Of a stretch of DNA of 64,000 nucleotides, positions 32,784-42,500 are shown in pieces. A model generated the notes under the pieces. That model was not told where the DNA came from. It searched no databases and saw only the letters and a program-made list of their open reading frames with translations. The DNA is from a virus. A program made the position numbers and the translations under genes. The stretch's first letter is position 1. Every line of letters starts with the position of its first letter. Where the stretch lies: the IMG/VR virus record IMGVR_UViG_3300036823_000120, positions 1 to 64,000 of that record. The stretch is one strand, 5' to 3'.

Positions 32784-33791
32784 TCATGTTCGATATGTGG
32801 CTCCTATCGGGCCTGTTAAAAGATGCTTATTGACAATGCATCGTGGAATACGAATTCTTTTCTTCAAAGAATTTCCAACTCCATAACGTTGCATACGATA
32901 GTATCCTCGTCTTGCATGTGCAGGAAGCTTACGTCCAGTATGCGTGCCAAGTTCACTTACATACTGATCTTCAGTGATAACTCGAACAAGTGGAGTTTCA
33001 CGTTGAAGATCATATATAATTGGTTGGGCCAAAAGTTCTATCTTATTATTCTTAGTATGCTTGGTCTTTTTCTGGCACCATTTCACAAGCTTTGCATACT
33101 GGTTTGGTGCTTCCGGACCACACTTCTTGATTCCAACTTCATCAAGAAGTAAACAGTAATTCAATACTGCTCGTCGAACTTGTGCTTCACAAAGATACTC
33201 TTGTTCTGTCGTTGGTAATCTATCAAATTTATCATCAATAGAATAATCAGACTGACACCACTCTTCAAGTTCATCTTTCTCGTTGCCAGCCCACCAGCTT
33301 TTAAGTGAGTGAAACGGTTCTTTGTCAAAGACAATACTATGGATGAAGAAATTTTGCTTCTTATCGTGATGAAGCCACGCAAAAGCAGGCTTTGCATCAC
33401 CACAAATTTTCTTTGCAGAATACTCTGCTGGTATTTCAATTACAATAGTCTCAAAAGGCATATTATAATCTTCACAAGCTAGAGTAAGCTGCATTTCTTC
33501 CAACATCTCTAACTGATAGCTTGTTGGTCGAAAGACTTTCGGTCCATTTCCAAAGATTTCGGCTGTAAGAAAGCCTTCAATCTTCATCAAAAAATCCATA
33601 TTTGCCATAGTCAATAAGATTCGACCAGCATCATCACTAACCTTAGTTAGTGCTTCATCATTAAGCAGTACAGAAGTTTTCTTTCCTTCAACTTTCAGGT
33701 TCAATACCTTATGTTGACCAATTTCAACATAAGGTTTGATGTCAATTTTCATTTTCTGAAGTAATTCGTTGAGCGTCATTGTTAAGCTCAC
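32784..33791 (-). CDS. Conserved phage hypothetical protein
   Basis: 335-aa ORF; C-terminal HARRGYYRMQRYG..K.I.IP..V motif. Confidence 0.7.
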   Translation of the reverse strand: MSLTMTLNELLQKMKIDIKPYVEIGQHKVLNLKVEGKKTSVLLNDEALTKVSDDAGRILLTMANMDFLMKIEGFLTAEIFGNGPKVFRPTSYQLEMLEEMQLTLACEDYNMPFETIVIEIPAEYSAKKICGDAKPAFAWLHHDKKQNFFIHSIVFDKEPFHSLKSWWAGNEKDELEEWCQSDYSIDDKFDRLPTTEQEYLCEAQVRRAVLNYCLLLDEVGIKKCGPEAPNQYAKLVKWCQKKTKHTKNNKIELLAQPIIYDLQRETPLVRVITEDQYVSELGTHTGRKLPAHARRGYYRMQRYGVGNSLKKRIRIPRCIVNKHLLTGPIGATYRT

Positions 33792-33827
33792 TAGTTAAAG
33801 CGTTTCATGTTTTAGCTTTTGCCACAA

Positions 33828-33968
33828 TACCTCCGGTCGGACTCGAACCGACAGTTTCTCACAAGACCCTCACAACAAGTGAGTAGCTTTACAGGTGCCA
33901 TGCGTCCAACGCTCGTGAGAGACACTTGGGTCTCGACCAAGCTGCTATACCCTTTTGCATACGGAGGT
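33828..33968 (-). tRNA. tRNA-Leu(GAG)-like RNA with 72-nt branched variable arm (141 nt)
   Basis: Acceptor ACCTCCG/CGGAGGT-A; CTTGG-TCGAGAC-CCAAG; GTCGG-TTCGAGT-CCGAC. Confidence 0.8.
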
Positions 33969-34216
33969 GTAGGTTCTTAACGTGGAAGATCATTTTCGCT
34001 AATATGAGTACTCCATTTTGCTTTTACTATTTCAAGTGTTTTAATTCTTTTTTGAAGTATTCTCACTGAAAAATTCTCATCCGCTTGTACTCTACAAGCT
34101 TCTAGCGTTGCTATAAAAGCGTCTAAGATATCTTCCTCTCCGTAGCCTTCGTCGAACATTGATTTAAATTTATCCACTAATGTAATAAGTGCCATTTTAA
34201 TGCCCTTATGTTGGAA

Positions 34217-34291
34217 TGTCCCTGGTGGGATTTGAACCCACACTAAACAGATTTTAAGTCTGTTGCCTGCTACCAATTGGGCTACAGGGAC
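34217..34291 (-). tRNA. tRNA-Leu(TAA), short variable loop
   Basis: Complete cloverleaf; ACAGA-CTTAAAA-TCTGT; GTGGG-TTCAAAT-CCCAC. Confidence 0.9.
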
Positions 34292-34462
34292 GAATGACAG
34301 ACTACCACCGTTATTTCTTCGGTCTGTCAGCGAATTTTCGAGCGTCATTCCCTTGTTATCGGGATGCAATAGTTCTACCATTAAGTATTGCACTGAACTA
34401 TTTAGCGACAGAGACAGTGGCTTTACTCTTGCGAAGCGGTGCTTCAAACAATTCTTCCCAGG

Positions 34463-35140
34463 TCATGCAACATACCTCTTAGTTCCAATTTGGACTGTGC
34501 AACCTTTGGCAAGCTTTTTACTACTTAACAATGTCGAGCTAACTTTAAAATTTGTATCACGAATGCCGCGAAAGGCAATGCTTTTCAGCGAAAACATTGG
34601 CTTCATCATTTTAATCACATCTACTATGTTTGATTCTTGACGGAACCAAGCATAATATTGTACATCAAGATGCCAAAGCTTTTGAAGCCGCCAGTTTGAA
34701 AAAACATCAAACAATTGTGCTCGTTCGGCTCGACTTGCTCGTAAGATCATATGTCGAATCGGTTGAGCAGATAGAATATTTGGACGTTGACTAAGATATT
34801 CAGGTGTTATATCTATCGTGGTATAAGCATCACCTAAGCGGCCATTAAAATAACACAAGTTTCGCTTTTCTTCAAGCTGATTTGGAGATTCTTGAGCATA
34901 ATTTTTGTTCCAATTATGAATAATCATATCCAATGCTGAAACAATATTTGGTAAAAGCTCACCAGTAGAGAACGTTCTAATGATCGTTTTAGTATTGATC
35001 CACTGCCGCAAAATAGACGATAGTTCGTGGTCGCGTGACTCGTCTGATTCGTCCAGACAATCACAGTAGATGAGGATGCCCGTGTCATCTCCATCGTTAA
35101 TCGAGACTTTCCAATCAGGCAACAATGTCGGCATGTCCAT
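34463..35140 (-). CDS. Divergent TIGR02996-like protein with LRR-like C-terminus
   Basis: INDGDDTGILIYCDCLDE..ILRQ; LQKLWHLDV..LKSIAF; GGAG RBS. Confidence 0.6.
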   Translation of the reverse strand: MDMPTLLPDWKVSINDGDDTGILIYCDCLDESDESRDHELSSILRQWINTKTIIRTFSTGELLPNIVSALDMIIHNWNKNYAQESPNQLEEKRNLCYFNGRLGDAYTTIDITPEYLSQRPNILSAQPIRHMILRASRAERAQLFDVFSNWRLQKLWHLDVQYYAWFRQESNIVDVIKMMKPMFSLKSIAFRGIRDTNFKVSSTLLSSKKLAKGCTVQIGTKRYVA

Positions 35141-35229
35141 AGCTCCGGTGTGTACTGAATCATAGCACACATACAGACAGATGGTAGCCCAGTTCACTCG
35201 ATTTTTATTAAAGTACAAACGTTAGAATG

Positions 35230-36192
35230 TCACTCACATAGTGAGTCAAAAAGCTTATCTTCATCTGTAACAGGGCCATATCGCATTTCCATTTGAGCAT
35301 CTAAAGCTTCACAACGTGCCATACTAGTTTCCTTAGACATTTCATCAAAAATGTATTCACTTTGTATTCCATACCAAGCAGCATGTGCCCGTTTAAATAG
35401 ATCATATTGAAAATCTACATTAACTAAAGCTCTGTGTTGAGCAATACGAATATCTCTACTCCCCATCCAATCTTTTGTGCAACATATTTCATCAATTGCA
35501 ACTACAAATTTACTACCAACTTCATTGCCAAGAAGCCAGGCATAGATACTCAACTGAGTTGCCCACTTCTTTTCAACAGAATCAAGAGTTTCTTTTACAT
35601 TAATTCGATAGCCTTCATGGTCCATCGGAAAAGCGTCTTTATGTGCATTACGATCTGGAAGACAGCGAATATAGCCTCTTTTTGGACTATAATTTGTCTT
35701 GGCATAAAAGCCTGTTACTTTCCAATCAAAAATGATACGTACACCATTAATTGTTAAAAAGTAAATATCAGGCTTTCCAAGCATTGGTACTGCACCGATA
35801 CCCTTTGATACGCATTCAACATAACCTTCAATTGATGTCTCAAACTTAGGCTTACCAAGACAGCCTTCTAAGTCTTTGAGAACGTCAAGTAATCCTCCAT
35901 GCTTTTGGTACAAGTCCCATACAATCTTACCATCAATCAAAGCTTGATCACGGTTATGGGGTTCAACTTGAGCTTCAAACAAAGTTGTGAACTCAAACTT
36001 TGGATCACGACCGACAGTTTTCTCATGGAGGTAACTCTTTGCATAAGCATCAAAAGCAGAGCCAACTGACATTGGACCAGTTTGTGGATCACGTTTCTTA
36101 CGTTTTTCACATAAGTATTCCAAATAAAAAGTTTCTCGATTACTTTCCCAAAGAGCAAGACTAGTAGGACTTAAATAATTAAGCTTACGCAT
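35230..36192 (-). CDS. PD-(D/E)XK superfamily exonuclease
   Basis: YLSPTSL, GSAFD, LGKPD, IFDWKVT, QLSIYA. Confidence 0.8.
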   Translation of the reverse strand: MRKLNYLSPTSLALWESNRETFYLEYLCEKRKKRDPQTGPMSVGSAFDAYAKSYLHEKTVGRDPKFEFTTLFEAQVEPHNRDQALIDGKIVWDLYQKHGGLLDVLKDLEGCLGKPKFETSIEGYVECVSKGIGAVPMLGKPDIYFLTINGVRIIFDWKVTGFYAKTNYSPKRGYIRCLPDRNAHKDAFPMDHEGYRINVKETLDSVEKKWATQLSIYAWLLGNEVGSKFVVAIDEICCTKDWMGSRDIRIAQHRALVNVDFQYDLFKRAHAAWYGIQSEYIFDEMSKETSMARCEALDAQMEMRYGPVTDEDKLFDSLCE

Positions 36193-37635
36193 ATCGATTT
36201 CTCTTATCGGTTTTTTCTTTGTAAGTTTTATGATTTTTGTTTCTGTGAATATAAGAGACAAAGATCAATTCGCCATCACCTTGCTCATATACAGCTTCAA
36301 TATCATCTGCAAAGCCATCAGGACATAAGAATCTAATATTTAGATTCTCATCTAAAGTTTCCAGCAAAGCTTTCATTGATTTAATAGTCATTATTTTTCC
36401 TTTTTAACTCCTTCACACGCAAGCTTCAACTCTTCAATCTCATCGCTAGTTAATGGAGTTACTTTTTTAATATCTCCTGTTAAAATCTGATCTGCTCTTG
36501 CAACTGAAATACGTTTTACAACTCTTAATAAAAGTTTGCGAATTGGTGCTGTTTTAGGTAAAACTGTTTCAAGCTCTTCAAACAATTTTCCAACTGCAAT
36601 ATGTGGTGGTAAAACTGTTGGATCAATTCCAGATAGTTGTGATTCAGCTTTTGCAAACCATTTATCAAATAACTTCTTTATCAATCCAATAAGCCAGGGA
36701 CCAATTATTTGCATAATTAATCCAAATATTACAGCCCATGTCATTAACAAATCTCCTTATTCTTGTGGAGTATTAAGTTCTGGTGAATCAATATGTTGTT
36801 GCATTGCTTCTTGTGAATCGTCACTATTTTTCTTTACAACACTTGCACGAAATTCTTCAAATGTTGCTGTAGCTGCATCTGGAAAACTATCAATCTTATT
36901 TAATTTTATATCTCCGCCAAGTCCAAGCTTAGCTCGAATCTTGCGTTTTGCATCTTCCTCAGTTGCTGAAGATGCACCAATTTTCTTAAGACCGTCTGCC
37001 GTTTCAACGGTAAAAAGATAAAACATTGTTCTATTTCCTGTTTTCGGAGTGTAGAGAACCCAACCACGATTCACATCAATGAGACGTGTATCAATTTCAT
37101 TTCCTGTCAAAGCATTTCTACAAACAAAACGACGTTCATCTTTTGTAAAAAAGCAAACGCCAAGTTTTACATGCTTTACCAAAATATTTTCTGGTACTGG
37201 AAAAGACAACTCAAATGGCATACTTTCTCCTCATGTTGAATTAGGAACCTCTTCCTATTTATGATCCAGTAAGAGTAAAGCCACAATCTTCTGGTATGTG
37301 ACATTTTAAATGAAATATATATTTACTTCCTGCATTATAATATATTGCAATAAAATAATCTTGATTTTGACTTTTAACAGTGAATTTTGTACAAAGTTCA
37401 GTCAAAAGTTTCAAGAGAGTTGGATTTTCATCAAAATCAATTCTTGAAACCATAGTATTTGGTAATGGTGGATTATCACCATAAAATACTTCAACATCCA
37501 TGTATGAACCATTTGTAATTACAAGTGTCCATACTTTCATTATATACCTTTCATTATATTTAGTAATCTCTTATAGAATTTGCAGAATGGTATTTTAATA
37601 CCATTCTGCATCTGCTTCATCAGCAATTGAAAAGC

Positions 37636-38097
37636 TTAAATGGATTCATATTTTTGCCAATCATAATTATGTGCAGGCCAAAAGTAAGGTAAATTTGGAC
37701 CTTCTGTCCAGCCAAATTTAGAGTAATAGTCTGGCACTTTACGTAGTAAGTTACTTCGATGTGAAGCGTGTAACTTAGGACTTCCAAGCCAAGGTGGTAA
37801 TATTAAGTCTTCTTGCTTATCATGGTATGGTCCTTTAAGCCAACTCATGAATATAAGCCATGTAGAGTCGTTCTTATCGCGATCTCTCCATACATCACAG
37901 CAAGTCATACCATAATGTAGTAAAGCGTCTACATATGGAACCCACATTTGGGCCACTGGATGATGAAACCATCCTGACTGAGTTACAATAGAGGTATATA
38001 AACATTTTACCTCTCTACGTTGATTGCCTAATCTACTATTATCAAGTGCTTGAGCACTTTCTCTAAAATTTGGACTAATCAGAAACGTCTGCATCAT
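37636..38097 (-). CDS. Pyrimidine-dimer DNA glycosylase-like (MSMEG_6728-type) protein
   Basis: MQTFL..F..SA..LD..RLG.QR.E; HHP...MW; PPWLG..LH.SHRSNL.RK. Confidence 0.8.
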   Translation of the reverse strand: MMQTFLISPNFRESAQALDNSRLGNQRREVKCLYTSIVTQSGWFHHPVAQMWVPYVDALLHYGMTCCDVWRDRDKNDSTWLIFMSWLKGPYHDKQEDLILPPWLGSPKLHASHRSNLLRKVPDYYSKFGWTEGPNLPYFWPAHNYDWQKYESI

Positions 38098-38692
38098 TAC
38101 ACCTTTCTAAGTCCTTTAATCTTTTTCTTATGCGAGCTAAAACTTTTTGTACTTTTTTAGTACGTATTTGTAAAGCTATACCAATTTCTTTTGGCGTTTC
38201 ATTTAGCAAATGATGTTCATACACTCGCCAATCAAGTTCTGTTCTAAGAGCACTTTGTAGACATTCAAAACATTCTATATCTACATTTGTTGTTTGTACA
38301 TCCTCCTCTTTAAATTCTACTGTTTCAGGTAACTGTTCACCTTTCTTTTTAATATACGACATAGTTGATGTGGCATATGGTGCCCAATATTCTTTGAGCT
38401 TATAGCCAATCTTCATGCGTATGTATGCAAGAGTGTTTTCTTTTTCAAAAAGTTCTTGTTTGAACTCTACGAATAAGATTACTAGCCAGAAATTTGCTTC
38501 AGCTATACATTCATCTACAAATTGCAAATCTCTACTCTTGAAATTTTTTCTGGCAAAGTTAATTGCCGTTAGTCTTACTCTACTCATAAGAAAAGCAACA
38601 TTACTTTCGTCCAATTTAACATCTGTAAGCTCCGTAAAAAGTTTCAATTTCGAAGCATCCGGCGATAGAATACTTCGTACCATTAGGGTCAT
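38075..38692 (-). CDS. Sigma-factor-like protein
   Basis: Region-2-like helices and C-terminal HTH TPKEIGIALQIRTKKVQKVLARIRKRL. Confidence 0.6.
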   Translation of the reverse strand: MTLMVRSILSPDASKLKLFTELTDVKLDESNVAFLMSRVRLTAINFARKNFKSRDLQFVDECIAEANFWLVILFVEFKQELFEKENTLAYIRMKIGYKLKEYWAPYATSTMSYIKKKGEQLPETVEFKEEDVQTTNVDIECFECLQSALRTELDWRVYEHHLLNETPKEIGIALQIRTKKVQKVLARIRKRLKDLERCNDADVSD

Positions 38693-39074
38693 AGATTAAC
38701 CCGTCTTTAGCTGACCATGCAACAACATGATGCAAGCTTTTTCCTTTGGGTTTGCCGAAGAGGAGTCCATCTCTCTCTTCTAAAATGGCATTAAATTTAT
38801 CGCAAAAAATCAAATCCTTTCTGTGATTGACAGTGGGACAATAACTGATCCCACCACTGTATGGAACCAGTACAAACCCAAATAACGGCGTTATATATTG
38901 AATTTCTTCAATACAAAAAGCACGCCGTCGTATTGGTTCATCTAGGTCGGGAAATATAATTTCCGAACCGTCATGCTCTAATGTTTGAATTATGGAACTT
39001 AAAGGAACATCAGCAACCATTGCTACTGATGTTGGCAAACAACTGAATCTATTCGGCTGGGACTGCAACTTCAT
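38616..39074 (-). CDS. Papain-like (C39-type) peptidase domain
   Basis: Q..FSCLPTSVAM; HVVAW; IYDP. Confidence 0.6.
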   Translation of the reverse strand: MKLQSQPNRFSCLPTSVAMVADVPLSSIIQTLEHDGSEIIFPDLDEPIRRRAFCIEEIQYITPLFGFVLVPYSGGISYCPTVNHRKDLIFCDKFNAILEERDGLLFGKPKGKSLHHVVAWSAKDGLIYDPNGTKYSIAGCFEIETFYGAYRC

Positions 39075-39525
39075 CAGATTTCTTCTCCCGAAGTAAGCTT
39101 TGATCAATTTCAATTGGAGTGGAGTAATAGTTCACAAATCGTGGTAGCTTAACACCAACAGCATATGTGAGCTTTCCATGTGTCTTTGCATACTCCAAAA
39201 CTGGAAAGTGACCATACCAACATGATGCCAGAACAAGTGCATCAACATGAGGCATTACAGTTGCTGCCATTAAAGCTAATGGTGCATCATAAAACTTACG
39301 GTCAAAAAATACTTTAAAACCAGTTTCAACTAACAACGTGTTAAAACGATAACACTTATCTTGTTCATATTTTCCATATGCAAACTTAAATGTGAACAAA
39401 AGATTATGTTCTTCCTCAAGCTTCTTTATAAGATCAAGATAATTCAAGCTATGACTTGGAAACTTTTCTTTAACTCCATAGTACAAACTACGAGTATCTG
39501 CAATAAATACAGCCTTAAGCTTCAT
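39049..39525 (-). CDS. NYN/LabA-like PIN-domain protein (degenerate active site)
   Basis: AVFIADTRSLY; D..LAL.A; LVLAS...F.PVLEYA..HGK..AVG. Confidence 0.6.
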   Translation of the reverse strand: MKLKAVFIADTRSLYYGVKEKFPSHSLNYLDLIKKLEEEHNLLFTFKFAYGKYEQDKCYRFNTLLVETGFKVFFDRKFYDAPLALMAATVMPHVDALVLASCWYGHFPVLEYAKTHGKLTYAVGVKLPRFVNYYSTPIEIDQSLLREKKSDEVAVPAE

Positions 39526-39546
39526 TTTAGCCTCATTTTGGAATTA

Positions 39547-42500
39547 TCAACTAATCGGCATTTCACAGACTTCGCCTTCACAAAACTTCGTATCAATTCC
39601 GTCTGAGCCACAAAAGCCTGACCAATCAATTTTTTGTATGGCCGCTAATCTAGCTTTGTACTCTTCTTCAGATATACCTTCCTCTGGCATTTGTTCATAT
39701 ACACCTTTTGGTGTATGAGGTAATAATGAACAAGCTTTAATTAGTGGAGCAAAAGCTGATAAGACTTTTTCAAGAATATCCTCCTCGTGATTAGGATCAA
39801 ACTTATAGACTCTCATTTCCGTAGTTTTAGTCCAATAGTTTTCACGGAACGTGACTTTGATTGAATTATTTTCAAAGTCAGCTTGTCCAGCAGCAATATT
39901 GGTCCAAGGATATTCATCTTTAAAGTATTCAATCAATTCTTTGACAAATTGGCCTTCTTTCCTAATATGCATGATAAGCTTCCACTTAGGCCGGAAATAT
40001 AGTGTATTAGAAACACTATTATCTGCCCATTCTCTCTGAACTGTGGCAAGATTAACCGCTTGCTCCCAGAGACTTATCGTATCTGCTGGAGGCGTTGGTC
40101 CTTGAAGAGTGGGATATTCATAAATTAGAGTTCCATTTGGATCAGTTACATCTGGTTCATATGGGATACATGCTTTATCAAGGATTGGACACATAGGATG
40201 GTTACGTGCAACACGAGTGCGACGCAACGTGTAATCGAATGTTGGATAACCAATACCAGCCGTTCTTCCTGCAAGCTTTGGAGTAGTACCCATTTAATCC
40301 CATAATTTTCATTATAGGCTGGACTATATCTTTATCTTTTCTAATTCACTATGACGATATCTAAAACATGAAGCATATTTTTCTACAAAACGATTATATT
40401 TTTTCTTTCCACAAATAGTTAGACGCCAAAAACTTTGGTGTTTTTCTGTAACATCAAACTTATGAATATGTGGATTAATCCAATCTTGTTGTAAAATATA
40501 TTGAGCTTTACAAATAATACTAAAATTAGTATTACATAGTTGAATTATAGGTGAAGTAGTCCAACTATGGTTAGTAAAGCTACCTTCTGCTTCATATATT
40601 CCAGCTAACCAATCTCGTGAATAAGAGTAAGATACCTCGCGTGTAGTCTCTGAGGATCGCCATTGATTGTGCTTTTCAACAATTTCTAATTCTTTGTCGT
40701 TATGCAGCGAGTATCTAGTTCTTTGCATTCGACTATTAACAAATTGTTGAAAACATTCTAATCTGACTTTATCACATTCAATGAGTGATTTAAAGTAATC
40801 TACAAATAAGCTTATAGCTACATTTGAACAAATACTTAAATCATAACAGTCAATTTTACCTGTTCTTATACTTTTAGTTTTAGAATAGTTAATAAGCTTT
40901 TGTTGTAAAATCTTTTCGCAAAGCTCAATAGCAATTTTATTAGTATTAGATATACTAATTTTTGGTTCAAAGAAAAAGCCTACATTATTGCCTCTTCTTT
41001 GTCTTTCTCTAAAACTAAAAGAACCCTCACCTTCAAAAAAGCCAGAAAACCAATGGATGTCCTGCGGGTTGTCCATTTTTATCTCTTGTTTTGTTACTTA
41101 TAAGTAACAAGAGGTCTTGGAGTTTCACGCATATAGCGAGGAGTACACTAATACATTTCTGTATTAGGCGGCAGTACATTTACCGGGTTTGCGACATTAT
41201 CCAAAAGTTTCGCTTTTGGGTCGGACTATATCACATTCCGCAAAGCATAAAAAATTTCATGCTGTCTTTTAGTATATGGCTCTTTGATATTTTGAAGCAA
41301 TCTAAGATTAACAAATTCTTTTAACAAAGAAGATTTTAATTTATACTTTTTTGTTTGGAATTCATTAATAATCTGAAAAAATCTTTGTACTCTTTTATAA
41401 CCATGAATAGTTATTACTTTATATGGACTATGTTTTAGTGGTATATAAGATGATATATGCCAACTAAGTCCTAAAGAATACAAAGTTTTCACTGTCTTGT
41501 CAATAATTTTAGTATTAGTAGAGCATACAGTTATTTCAGGATTATAATTGACTGTATTATTTCTACTCATATGACAAGAAATATGAAAACTACCTTCAGC
41601 TTCTAAAATACCAATAAGCCACCAAAAGTCTGCGGAACACTCGCATGTAGTCTCTGAGGACTCAAGATGAAATTGTCGGCAATAAAGTTTGGTCTTTAGT
41701 TCCTCTAAAAAACACAAACATTTAATTCTACCATTAATGGCTAGATCATATTCTCGTTTTCTTTTTCCTCTTTGAGTCGAAGAGATTGAAACAGATATAC
41801 CAAAAGAAGATATTATATCTTCACATTGATGTATTAGATCAATTTCAGTATTACTGATTCGTAATCTATTTTTATCAAAGGAACCTTCGCCATCAAGTAT
41901 GCCAACAAGCCAACTTGTTGCCTGCTGATTATCCATTTTAAGCCTTTATTACATAAGAAGTAGACTTAATTAAAAGAGGATTTTCCAGCAAATAGCGAGT
42001 TTCTCACTAATACATTACTGTATTAGGCCACCAATTTCTTAATGGTTGTCTTACGAATTGCTTCAGGAACACCAGCTTCAGCATTTGCTTCTTGATTGAT
42101 TTTTGTAACTTTCTCATATCCCTTTCTCATATAAGAAGTTACTTTATTCAATCCAACATCATATACCCAACCAGTCCAATCAATAATACCAATGCCAATT
42201 CTTCGGTTTCTAGCAACAACTCGATTTGTTTCCTCTCTATGAGTAGGAAGTAAGCTTACACTGCTACAATACATTGTAGCATACTCAACTGCTTCATACC
42301 ATTGTTGGACACCATTACAACGAGTTGGCAAAGTTTCTGAAACGTTGCACAATTCCTTATCTTCGAGTGGAATTTCTCCGCCGCTATTGTTACTCATGCT
42401 TAATACATGGGAGTGGTCATTTCTGCCACTCTCTGCATGTTACCATGCAGGCCGGACTATATCATCATCCTTGTAGGATGTCTCGCGTGTAGTCTCTGAG

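Noticed and set aside
33977-34447. 156-aa ORF as listed
   Set aside because: Its 5' part overlaps tRNA-Leu(TAA); the likely gene starts at 34195 (MALITLVDKF)
35230-36192. Cas4 / CRISPR adaptation gene
   Set aside because: No clear four-Cys Fe-S pattern and no CRISPR context; generic PD-(D/E)XK nuclease
42023-42397. Independent 124-aa gene (likewise 39547-40293)
   Set aside because: These are nrdJ exons; their apparent starts lie in intron sequence
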